A DNA stretch of 64,000 nt, taken from assembly GCA_963810755.1 (NCBI GenBank), contig CAWEOP010000008.1, forward strand, positions 648,631-712,630, written 5' to 3'. A program made the translations under genes and the position numbers. Below are positions 56,626 to 64,000 of the stretch, in pieces. Under the pieces are notes generated by a model. That model searched no databases. It saw nothing but the letters and a program-made list of their open reading frames with translations, and was not told the origin of the DNA. The stretch's first letter is position 1; the number at the start of each line of letters is the position of its first letter. The DNA is from an uncultured Gammaproteobacteria bacterium (GTDB taxonomy: Bacteria; Pseudomonadota; Gammaproteobacteria; Steroidobacterales; Rariloculaceae).

Positions 56626-56628
56626 CCG

Positions 56629-57597
56629 ATGGAAACGGCGTTCACGCGGCATGCCGGCGTGCAAGTCCCGCTGATCTGCGGGCCGATGTATCCCTGCTCC
56701 AACCCCGAGCTCGTCGCAGCGGTCAGTGACGCGGGCGGGCTCGGCGTGGTGCAGCCGATATCGCTGACCTACGTGCATGGCCACGAATTCCGCGCCGGGC
56801 TGCGCTACATCCGCTCGCTGACGCTGAAACCGATCGGGTTCAACGCGCTCATCGAGGGGGGCAACAAGGCCTACCTCGAACGGATGCGCGGGTGGATTGA
56901 CGGCGCCCTCGAGGAGGGCGTGCGTTTTTTCATCACCTCGCTCGGGAACCCGAAGTGGGTTTGCGAGCGCGTGCACGCGGTGGGCGGTGTGGTTTACCAC
57001 GACGTGACCGAGCGGAAGTGGGCGCAGAAAGGGATCGACGGCGGCGTCGACGGCCTCATCGCCGTCAACGCGCGCGCCGGCGGACACGCGGGGCCGCTCT
57101 CACCCGAAGCGCTCTTCGAGGAGCTCGCGCCGTTCGGCAAGCCGATCGTGAGCGCGGGCGGCGTCGGCACGCCGCACGAGTTCGCGCGCCACCTGCGCCT
57201 GGGTTATGCCGCGGTGCAGGTTGGCACGCGCTTCATTGCGACGCACGAGTGCAAAGCGAGTGACGCGTACAAGCAGGCGATCGTGGACTCGGGCGAAGAC
57301 GACATCGTCCTCACCGAGCGCCTCACCGGCGTTCCGGTCGCCGTCATTCGCAACGCCTATGTCGAGCGGCTCGGCACGAAGGCGGGCGCGTTCGCGCGCT
57401 GGATGCTCAAAGGCCGCAAGACGAAGCACTGGATGCGCACGTGGTATGCGCTCAACTCGATCCGGCGACTCAAGAAGTCGCTCATGACCGAAGACACGAG
57501 CAGCGAGTACTGGCAGGCGGGCAAGTCGGTCGCGGGGATTCACGAGGTCAAGCCGGCCGCGCAGATCGTGCGGGAGTTCGCCTCGGCGCTGGACTGA
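56629..57597 (+). CDS. Nitronate monooxygenase / NPD-family FMN oxidoreductase
   Basis: VPLICGPMYPCSNPELVAAVSDAGGLGVV and AGGHAG are NMO-family blocks. It starts 3 nt after the previous stop. Confidence 0.85.
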   Translation: METAFTRHAGVQVPLICGPMYPCSNPELVAAVSDAGGLGVVQPISLTYVHGHEFRAGLRYIRSLTLKPIGFNALIEGGNKAYLERMRGWIDGALEEGVRFFITSLGNPKWVCERVHAVGGVVYHDVTERKWAQKGIDGGVDGLIAVNARAGGHAGPLSPEALFEELAPFGKPIVSAGGVGTPHEFARHLRLGYAAVQVGTRFIATHECKASDAYKQAIVDSGEDDIVLTERLTGVPVAVIRNAYVERLGTKAGAFARWMLKGRKTKHWMRTWYALNSIRRLKKSLMTEDTSSEYWQAGKSVAGIHEVKPAAQIVREFASALD

Positions 57598-57714
57598 CCG
57601 TCGTCGACGCCGTCTGAATCTTTGCACGAGAAGAACGTAGCGCGAGTCTCGATGCGGACGAGCTATGTTCGGTACCGCACATACGTTTTCGATTCCGGCG
57701 CCGTATGTTGAGCT

Positions 57715-57963
57715 GTGGGGGATGAGACAGCACAGCAGACGTGGCAACGCTTCCTGGCGGAATACGCCATCGCGCGCGCCGAACACCATATCGCCTTTCA
57801 GGTGCTCACGACCGGAGCGTTCGCCCGTGGCCACCTGGACTCGGAGTCTGCCGACTCGCTTGCGGAACGGGCAGCACGGCAGAGGCTGCTCAGCCTGCGC
57901 GACAATTTGGAGCGACTGGAAGCAGATTCGCGGGTCGACGCCTCGGGCGCCGTCGAGGACTAG
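57715..57963 (+). CDS. Hypothetical small helical protein
   Basis: 82-aa GTG-start ORF with non-repetitive composition and no recognisable family. Weak call. Confidence 0.3.
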   Translation: MGDETAQQTWQRFLAEYAIARAEHHIAFQVLTTGAFARGHLDSESADSLAERAARQRLLSLRDNLERLEADSRVDASGAVED

Positions 57964-58047
57964 TTGGCAAAGGTTGCGTGAGGTATCGGTGCCGACCCGG
58001 CCGGCGACAGGCCGTTGAACGTGCCCTAATGCCATGCGCGCGTCCGC

Positions 58048-58622
58048 TTAAACCCAGAGCGCGCCGAGATCGAGCTCGATCGCGTCGAACGGCGCCGCGC
58101 GAATGTTGGCACCGCCTTCGTGGCTCGCAGTGAGCCTGAACACTCCGCGCGCGAGGGACAAGACCTCGAGCGTACGCAGGATTGGATTCACGAGCCACAC
58201 GTGTGTCACGCCTTCGCGTGCATAGATTCTGAGCTTCTTGCCGCGATCCAACGCTTCGGTCGACGCGGAGAGCACCTCGCAAACCCAGTCGGGCGCGCTT
58301 GTCTGATGCGCGGCCGAAGGAACGACCGCCAGGCGCTCCCGGCGCCAGCCCGCGAGATCCGGGACCAGCACGTCCTTGCCAAAATGTAGCTCCGGCTCGG
58401 CCACGATGGCCCAGCCCCCTGGGCCGTTTTGGCCGAGATGGAATGGGCCGCCGAGCAGGAAACCGACTACCGAGGCGGCATGAGCGTGCGGGTAAGCGGG
58501 TCGCGGCGACGCATACAGCTCGCCGTCGAACATCTCGGCGACGAAGTTGTCCGGAACGTCGCGCAGATCGTCGTACGTTCGCCGATGAGCCAGACGCGTT
58601 CATGGAGAATATCCGTCCCCAT
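58048..58622 (-). pseudogene. Uma2 (DUF820) family endonuclease; frame break near 58572-58582
   Basis: AEMFDGELYASPRPAYPHAHA...PDLAGW...APDWVCEVLSAST...KLRIYAREGVTHVWLVNP is the Uma2 pattern. The expected N-terminus MGTDILHERVWLIGER / TYDDLRDVPDNFV is split over two frames. Confidence 0.7.
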
Positions 58623-58838
58623 TTCGACGTGATGCTCACCGCCATCGCCGCAGGGCGCGTTGAACTGATCCGCCTGCAACGCGAAGGGCGGATCGAGGAC
58701 GACGTGCTTCACGATCTTGAGCGCGATTTAGACTTGGAAGAGCTGGGCATCATCTTTCAGCGGCGACTGACGCGACGCAACGCGTTCCCGAGGGCACGCC
58801 TCCCGCGCTCGCCACGCGCGTCCCCGCTACGCCGGTGA
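58602..58838 (+). pseudogene. Possible C-terminal remnant of a CPA1-type Na+/H+ antiporter
   Basis: LTAIAAGRVELIRLQREGRIEDDVLHDLERDLDLEEL resembles the conserved cytoplasmic tail of NhaP-type antiporters as I recall it. No TM part precedes it, because the upstream sequence is antisense to Uma2. Confidence 0.3.
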
Positions 58839-58951
58839 CCTCGATCGAGTCACTAAGCGGAGGATCGCGCTAAGATCCTGCCCCAGCTATTACAAACCAA
58901 AGGTTGACGCATATGCGGCAATACTTCGACAGGATCTGGCAGGCGAGACGA

Positions 58952-59881
58952 ATGAGGAATCGAATCGCGCCGGCGATACTCGTGTTCTTGTCGTTTCCCG
59001 CGGCGACCACCGCTGCAGCGTGGCACATCAGTCACCCCGGTTCGTCGGTGAACACGGAGTATCACGAAGCTTTTTCGGCAATTACCAGGGACGGACTTAC
59101 GTTGTTCATCTCGTCCGATCGCCCCGGAGGCTTCGGTTTGTCTGAAAAGGGCGTCTCTTCAATGCAGGCGAGCTACGACATTTACGTCACGCACCGGGCG
59201 AGCCTGGACGCTCCTTGGGGCTCTGTCATCAACTTGGGGCCAAACATCAATACGAGCGCCTCCGAACATAGTCCGGTTCTCTCTCCGGACGGCCACTACA
59301 TGTATTTCATGAGCGCACGTCCCGGCGGGTTTGGTGCGGAAGATATCTATCGAAGCTATCGCGAGGACGTGACGGCTGATCAAGGCTGGCAGCAGCCTGA
59401 GAATCTCGGTGAAGGCGTGAATGGTCCGGACGTGGAGTCATGCCCGGTCTATTACGTGTCGGAGGAGGGCAGCGCCCATCTGTTCTATATTCAAATCGCG
59501 GGCCCAAACGCGGCACCCGATTTCAAAGTGAGCGATTGGGATCCGGGCACAAACCTCTTCACGCCATCGCGGCTCGTCAATATCAGCACTCCTATGCCGG
59601 ATGGCCATCTTGATCCATGGCATGGCTATATTTGGGGGATCCAGTACCCCGGGGGCTATGGGGGTAGTGACCTCTGGCAAACCGAGCGTACCGAAGGCGA
59701 AGCCGATCTCGCGAAGACCTGGGCAACGCCCGTCAACGCTGGCCCTGAGATCAATACAGAGTATGAAGAACAAATGCCGTCGGCGACCGCCGATGGAAAG
59801 AGATTGGTCTTCGTGTCGGATCGCCCGGGCGGTGTCGGTGGAATGGATATCTACGAAGCCGCAGTCGAAGCGAACGACTGA
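58952..59881 (+). CDS. Exported TolB-like beta-propeller (PD40 repeat) protein
   Basis: Signal MRNRIAPAILVFLSFPAATTAAA. Repeated blocks are LFISSDRPGGFG, YFMSARPGGFGAEDIY and LVFVSDRPGGVGGMDIY. Confidence 0.75.
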   Translation: MRNRIAPAILVFLSFPAATTAAAWHISHPGSSVNTEYHEAFSAITRDGLTLFISSDRPGGFGLSEKGVSSMQASYDIYVTHRASLDAPWGSVINLGPNINTSASEHSPVLSPDGHYMYFMSARPGGFGAEDIYRSYREDVTADQGWQQPENLGEGVNGPDVESCPVYYVSEEGSAHLFYIQIAGPNAAPDFKVSDWDPGTNLFTPSRLVNISTPMPDGHLDPWHGYIWGIQYPGGYGGSDLWQTERTEGEADLAKTWATPVNAGPEINTEYEEQMPSATADGKRLVFVSDRPGGVGGMDIYEAAVEAND

Positions 59882-59922
59882 GGTTGCGACGCCCGATGCT
59901 GATTCATCGCCAACCTTCCCAA

Positions 59923-60192
59923 TTAGCTGGGAGCTTGGTCGCGCTTCGACTCCGGCGACCGCCATGCCTTCACGATGCGTTCGATGCTGACCGGCTTCGT
60001 GCCGGTATGCGGAACAAACGCGAAGAGCTCGCCGCGCGCTCGCTTAACGTGCGTAACCCTCGCGAGCACAAACCGGCCCGCGGGCGACGCGAAAATCAGT
60101 TCGTCGCCGACGTGCAGGTCCTGGGGCGCGACGGGTTCGCCAGTGCGAAGCGGACCGGGTGGTGAGCCTTCTTGTTGTATTGATGGCTTCAT
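59923..60192 (-). CDS. Hypothetical protein
   Basis: The ORF-track entry is 98 aa. I took the start at MKPSIQ. No family recognised. Confidence 0.35.
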   Translation of the reverse strand: MKPSIQQEGSPPGPLRTGEPVAPQDLHVGDELIFASPAGRFVLARVTHVKRARGELFAFVPHTGTKPVSIERIVKAWRSPESKRDQAPS

Positions 60193-60338
60193 GGCGGACA
60201 GCATAGCGCGAGTGTCCAACTCCGGCTGCGGTGCCCGGCCGGTTGGCGACGGTGGATATTGCCGAGCGCAGGAGCCGGCGCTGAACCGGGACGTAATGCG
60301 GCGCGCTCGGCCGGCATTCGCGGAAAGCGGTACGGTGT

Positions 60339-61187
60339 GTGGCCAGTTCTGAGACGACCCTTTTCACCGAAAGTCATCGGCAGCAACTCACCGAGTTCGG
60401 GGTTGCGCGCATCGAGTCTGTGATCCCGAAGGACTGCGCGGATGCCGTCATCCAAGCATTACCAGTCGTTTCAGCCATCGACTTAGGTAATCCGGCCACA
60501 TGGTATTCGCAGCCTGCGGAGTTTCCGGGAATCATTCCTTCACACCATCACCAAAGCCAGTGGGACATTCGCCAACATCCGCGCCTACACCAAGCGTTCA
60601 GTGAGCTATGGGGAACGGAGATGCTTTGGGTAACGATGGATCGGATAGGGTTCGTTCCGCCGCTCCGTCCCGGTGAAGAAGCGCGATGCGAGCTGCATTG
60701 GGACATGGACCCGCGGGGCCCGTCAGCCTATCAAGCGATTGTCTATCTGACCGACGTGCCGTCCGAGCGGGCGCCGTTTAGCGCCGTACCGTCAATTTTT
60801 CGCGATCTCGATCCATGGCTAAACGCGCAAATCGATTTCGACTTCTCGAAAGCTGACTTCTCATCGGAAGCCGCTGTGCAGGTTCCTGGGCACGTGGGGG
60901 ACTTGATCGTTTGGGATTCAAAGCTGCCGCACGGACCAGGCGCAAATAGATCACCCCTGCCGCGCGTGATGCTTGCTGTCACAATGTTCCCGGCGGAGGA
61001 GTCTCCATTAAGAGCTTCAACGCCGCTGACGTGGAGTCGACAGGAACAGATCGAGTGGTGGCGCACTAAGCGTGCGCCTCCATGGTGGCGAGACGTACCG
61101 AATCAACGAGATCCAGAACCCGGGGCGCGGGCGATGTTGACGGCTCTTGGGCGTCTCATCGTTGGGATCGAGAAATGGCGCGCTTAA
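60339..61187 (+). CDS. Phytanoyl-CoA dioxygenase (PhyH)-like Fe(II)/2OG oxygenase
   Basis: ELHWDMD (HxD) and IVWDSKLPHGPGANRS (distal His) fit the PhyH facial triad. The start is GTG. Confidence 0.7.
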   Translation: MASSETTLFTESHRQQLTEFGVARIESVIPKDCADAVIQALPVVSAIDLGNPATWYSQPAEFPGIIPSHHHQSQWDIRQHPRLHQAFSELWGTEMLWVTMDRIGFVPPLRPGEEARCELHWDMDPRGPSAYQAIVYLTDVPSERAPFSAVPSIFRDLDPWLNAQIDFDFSKADFSSEAAVQVPGHVGDLIVWDSKLPHGPGANRSPLPRVMLAVTMFPAEESPLRASTPLTWSRQEQIEWWRTKRAPPWWRDVPNQRDPEPGARAMLTALGRLIVGIEKWRA

Positions 61188-61365
61188 AGTTGCGGTCAAC
61201 CGACGATAGCGACCGCAACAATGGAGGAAGGGCGTGACTACTGTAGGTAACTGCGCTCGGCCGAAATACGGCTACGTTCGACAACGCACAAACACGGGTA
61301 TTTCAGCGAGGTAATTTGCGGCGGCACGGATCACGCTTCTCGATAACTCAAAGGAAAATGAAGCC

Positions 61366-61524
61366 ATGACAGTCTCAACGTTGATGCTCGTCGTCTCGCT
61401 GGTTCTTGCGCTCCTGGCTGCGTTCGGTTTGCCGAAGGGCAGTGGCCGCGTGAGTCTATTCCCACTCGCATTCGCATTCTTCTTGTTGAGCCTGTTGGTG
61501 GGCGGGCGCCTCCTCTCGCTGTAG
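61366..61524 (+). CDS. Possible 52-aa two-helix membrane peptide
   Basis: The sequence is MTVSTLMLVVSLVLALLAAFGLPKGSGRVSLFPLAFAFFLLSLLVGGRLLSL*, with AAAGGAAAA upstream. It is not in the ORF track because it is shorter than 60 aa. Weak call. Confidence 0.3.
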   Translation: MTVSTLMLVVSLVLALLAAFGLPKGSGRVSLFPLAFAFFLLSLLVGGRLLSL

Positions 61525-61548
61525 CAAGTAGGCGGTCCAACTGCCGCT

Positions 61549-61836
61549 ATGAAATCGCTTCCGACGAACGTCTTTCCTTACAAGCGAACCCCGGAATTCA
61601 CGGAGAGCACGGTACCGGCAGGTCTTCTTCGCAGTCATGACACAAAGGACGGCGTGTGGGGAACGATTGTCGTGCTTGAGGGCACGCTTCTCTATCGAAT
61701 ACTGGAGCCACAAGTCGAGGAGATTCTTCTTTCATCGAATCGGTACGGAGTGGTAGAGCCAACTGTGCGACATGAGGTAGTGCCATCCGCCGGAGTGCGA
61801 TTCTATGTGGAGTTTCATCGCGCGCGAGTCGCCTGA
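61549..61836 (+). CDS. DUF1971 domain protein (TehB N-terminal/YeaR-like)
   Basis: LPTNVFPYKRTPEFTESTVPAGLLRSHDTKDGVWGTIVVLEGTLLY matches the DUF1971 pattern (y..tp.f....iP.gl...H.Tk.GvW..i.vl.G.l.y). Confidence 0.75.
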   Translation: MKSLPTNVFPYKRTPEFTESTVPAGLLRSHDTKDGVWGTIVVLEGTLLYRILEPQVEEILLSSNRYGVVEPTVRHEVVPSAGVRFYVEFHRARVA

Positions 61837-61902
61837 CAACCGGCTGCAGCGGACGTGATCTAGCACCACGACGCGCCGCGCAGCGATCACTTTTGGAGTT
61901 GC

Positions 61903-62118
61903 TTACGGAGTTGGCGCAGGTGTCGGCCGGGTAATCTCTTCCGACGGGTTCGACCCTCGGCCGGTATTCTGCTCTTTCGGATCGTTGCCTATGCGCTGAT
62001 CGCGTTCGCCGGTAGCGGTTGAGTGGGCGTCGCTGTTTGAGGGCTGCCGGTCGCAGGCGGCCGTTACGATTAGTAGTGCGACGAGGGTCGTTCCAAGAGC
62101 GAGCGTTTGGTGTTTCAT
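61903..62118 (-). CDS. Small lipoprotein (hypothetical)
   Basis: MKHQTLALGTTLVALLIVTAAC has a lipobox (VTAAC) and is followed by a polar, low-complexity tail. Confidence 0.45.
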   Translation of the reverse strand: MKHQTLALGTTLVALLIVTAACDRQPSNSDAHSTATGERDQRIGNDPKEQNTGRGSNPSEEITRPTPAPTP

Positions 62119-62417
62119 AGTGCTCAACTACGAGCAAAGTCCGTGCCACCAAGAAGGACCCGGCCGGAGCCAGGTCGTGCGGTGAGCGCTCCAATAATTG
62201 GAAGCTGGCCCAAGAGTGCCTCAATCGCCCACATGTGCGTGCGGAGCAATAACGCGCGTCGATCGCCCAACCGGCCGTGAGGCTTCCGCAAGGTCTGGCC
62301 GCGAGGGTCGTTCGGTAGCGCACATACGATGTAGCTAGTTCCGCGATACCGTGCGCTACTGCGCCGACTCACAATAGACGCGCGGTCTCTAGAGTCGTTC
62401 GCCATAGGAGTTGTGCG

Positions 62418-62621
62418 GTGCATCTATCCGATACGGACCTGACCCTCGCTGCGGCGAGCTGCCGCACTGTCGCTGAGGCGAGGAAGAATGCCGCGGAAAA
62501 GGAAATAGATCCCGCTGCTCGAGCTGTTGCAAATCAAGAATCCGTTTCACTAAGCGAACTCGCAGAGCGTTTCGAAAAAGCTCGAGTTATGAATGTGCTA
62601 CCTCAATCGTCGGAAGAGTGA
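62418..62621 (+). CDS. Hypothetical small protein
   Basis: 67-aa GTG-start ORF with no recognised family. Weak call. Confidence 0.25.
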   Translation: MHLSDTDLTLAAASCRTVAEARKNAAEKEIDPAARAVANQESVSLSELAERFEKARVMNVLPQSSEE

Positions 62622-62920
62622 CCGAAATCGAACCCACGGTTAATCCGTGAAGCACCGGCACGATAGTTCCGTCGAAGCGTGGATCTGGATCAGCGTTGGG
62701 CTGATATTCGTCGCCGCTCTCGTTGTGCTGCTGACGTGATGGACCACGGCCGCTCGGCTCGCGGACAGCTGAGCGCGAGCTCGTTCCTCGCAGACGTCGG
62801 CGCCTGCTGGCGTCCTGCCGAACTCAATCTGCTCCCGCAGCCTGCGGGCTTAGCGCGTTTATCGCTGCCTGCCCTAGGGTGCGAGCGCGCCGCGGCATGT
62901 TCCTTGCTTGTTCCGTGGCT

Positions 62921-63568
62921 ATGAAATTATCACACACCTCTTGCGCTCTTCTGATCGGACTTGCAGGCGTTGTGGGTGGCTGTGCCGCGGCTTCAACAGC
63001 GCCGCAGAAGGCGGAGGCACAACCGCAGCAGAAAGCTGACGCGCAAAATCAACGGAAGATTCTGAATGAGGGCTACAGTCTTCTTTACAGCGACGTCGCG
63101 AACCTGTCCAAGGTCGACCTGATCTTTCTCGTCAAGTCTGAGGCGCAGCCAGTCAATGAGGTGACGACGGCTGTGACTGAGTACGCCGATGCCCTCAAGA
63201 GCACGCTTGACCGCGTGGCAAAGGACTACCCAGCCGTCAATATCGCACTCGATCCGTTGCCTGTGATGGAGCAACGGGCACGCGACGCAATCACAAAAGA
63301 TCGCATATTGAGCTTTGCACCCCTCGTCGGCCTAACGGGTGAGAGCTTCGACCGCCGGATGTTGCAGGTCCTCGAAGGCACGCTCAACCGGCTCCGGTTC
63401 CTGGCCAAAGCGTTGGCGGACGAAGAACCAGAACCGAGCCTCAAGCAAATCGCGACGACTGCCCATGACAGGTTTGAGCAGCTCTATCAGCGGGTCCTCA
63501 ATATGCTCGACGAGAAGTACTTCATCAACACGGGGGAGCGGAAAGTCGCGAAGAAGGAGGCGCCATGA
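62921..63568 (+). CDS. Lipoprotein, unknown function
   Basis: MKLSHTSCALLIGLAGVVGGC has a lipobox (VVGGC). A Q/A/K-rich linker follows, then a helical-looking domain. Confidence 0.6.
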   Translation: MKLSHTSCALLIGLAGVVGGCAAASTAPQKAEAQPQQKADAQNQRKILNEGYSLLYSDVANLSKVDLIFLVKSEAQPVNEVTTAVTEYADALKSTLDRVAKDYPAVNIALDPLPVMEQRARDAITKDRILSFAPLVGLTGESFDRRMLQVLEGTLNRLRFLAKALADEEPEPSLKQIATTAHDRFEQLYQRVLNMLDEKYFINTGERKVAKKEAP

Positions 63569-63589
63569 TGCCGCGGTTCCCGTTCACAG

Positions 63590-64000
63590 CTAGCGCGTCT
63601 CCACAGATGCGAGAAACTCGGCGATGGCCTCATTGAAGGCCTGCGTTTCATCGACATTGACGGCGTGCGCCGCGCCCGGAATCACTTTGACAATCGATCC
63701 CGGCACCAGCGCCTGGAATTCCCTTGCTGTTGCTGGCCGCGCCTCGTCGAATTCCCCAACTAGAAACAGCGTCGGGAGATTGAGCTCAGACAATCGCTTG
63801 ACCCGATCGTAGTCACGCAGGGTGCCTGTGGCCACGAACTCCGACGGCCCCCACATGTATTCGTATAGTTCCTCGTTGAACCTCACCGGCAGTGACTCAC
63901 ATGCCGGGAACCGTCCTTGAACCTCCGGCGCACGCGAAAGAAACTGCGCTGAGAACAATTCGTTTGCAGCCGCGAACTCCGGCGTGTCGTAGTTCCCACT
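63590..64000 (-). CDS. Alpha/beta hydrolase (proline-iminopeptidase-like), C-terminal part; 5' end outside the window
   Basis: The frame stays open to position 64000 (SGNYDTPEFAAANELFSAQF...). LPTLFLVGEFDEARP...IPGAAHAVNVDE is the typical Asp/His end of the alpha/beta-hydrolase fold. Confidence 0.75.
   Translation of the reverse strand, partial: SGNYDTPEFAAANELFSAQFLSRAPEVQGRFPACESLPVRFNEELYEYMWGPSEFVATGTLRDYDRVKRLSELNLPTLFLVGEFDEARPATAREFQALVPGSIVKVIPGAAHAVNVDETQAFNEAIAEFLASVETR

Noticed and set aside
62667-62760. A 31-aa GTG-start hydrophobic ORF (…EAWIWISVGLIFVAALVVLLT*) in the 62.6-62.9 kb spacer.
   Set aside because: It has no ribosome-binding site, is very short, and a single hydrophobic stretch could arise by chance.

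Overview
High-GC bacterial chromosomal segment. Hand counts give 44/60 G+C at 2641-2700, falling to 30-35/60 in sampled lines after about 58.8 kb. I found no rRNA, tRNA, CRISPR array, integrase or transposase. Two ADOP-type orphan FtsX permeases suggest an Acidobacteriota-like soil organism, but this is inference only. Recognisable genes include an M16 peptidase, a CadC-like/TPR regulator, an EAL+HDOD protein, a metX-metY-CoA-binding operon, OsmC, three consecutive FtsX/ADOP permeases, a UPF0016 transporter, M20 peptidase, AraC plus beta-lactamase-like hydrolase, DsbA-like protein, MscS-like channel, VOC protein, tandem DUF1428, cytoplasmic sulfatase, DUF222/HNH nuclease, MBL hydrolase, amidohydrolase, nitronate monooxygenase and Uma2 nuclease. 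The main finding is an uncharacterised exported two-protein module. A small D protein (DUF6152-like) has a mature N-terminus predicted to be His-His-Ser. It pairs with a larger P protein carrying the motif GHWEGDTLV. The window holds 7 P paralogs and 4 D modules. These include a tandem D-P-D-P cassette at 51.4-53.8 kb, a reversed P-D pair at 33.7-35.0 kb and a natural D-P fusion at 16.2-17.2 kb. Other notable items are listed below. (1) A 55-aa, 13-Cys metallothionein-like ORF absent from the ORF track. (2) A 14-bp perfect palindrome, CCCTCCGCGGAGGG, present in several copies, four of them inside the HNH ORF. (3) A perfect CTG-N10-CAG-type inverted repeat over a TATAAT box upstream of that HNH gene. 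(4) About 13 single-nucleotide frame breaks in otherwise intact genes, which looks more like assembly indel error than real decay. All family names are from memory of sequence signatures; no database search was run.
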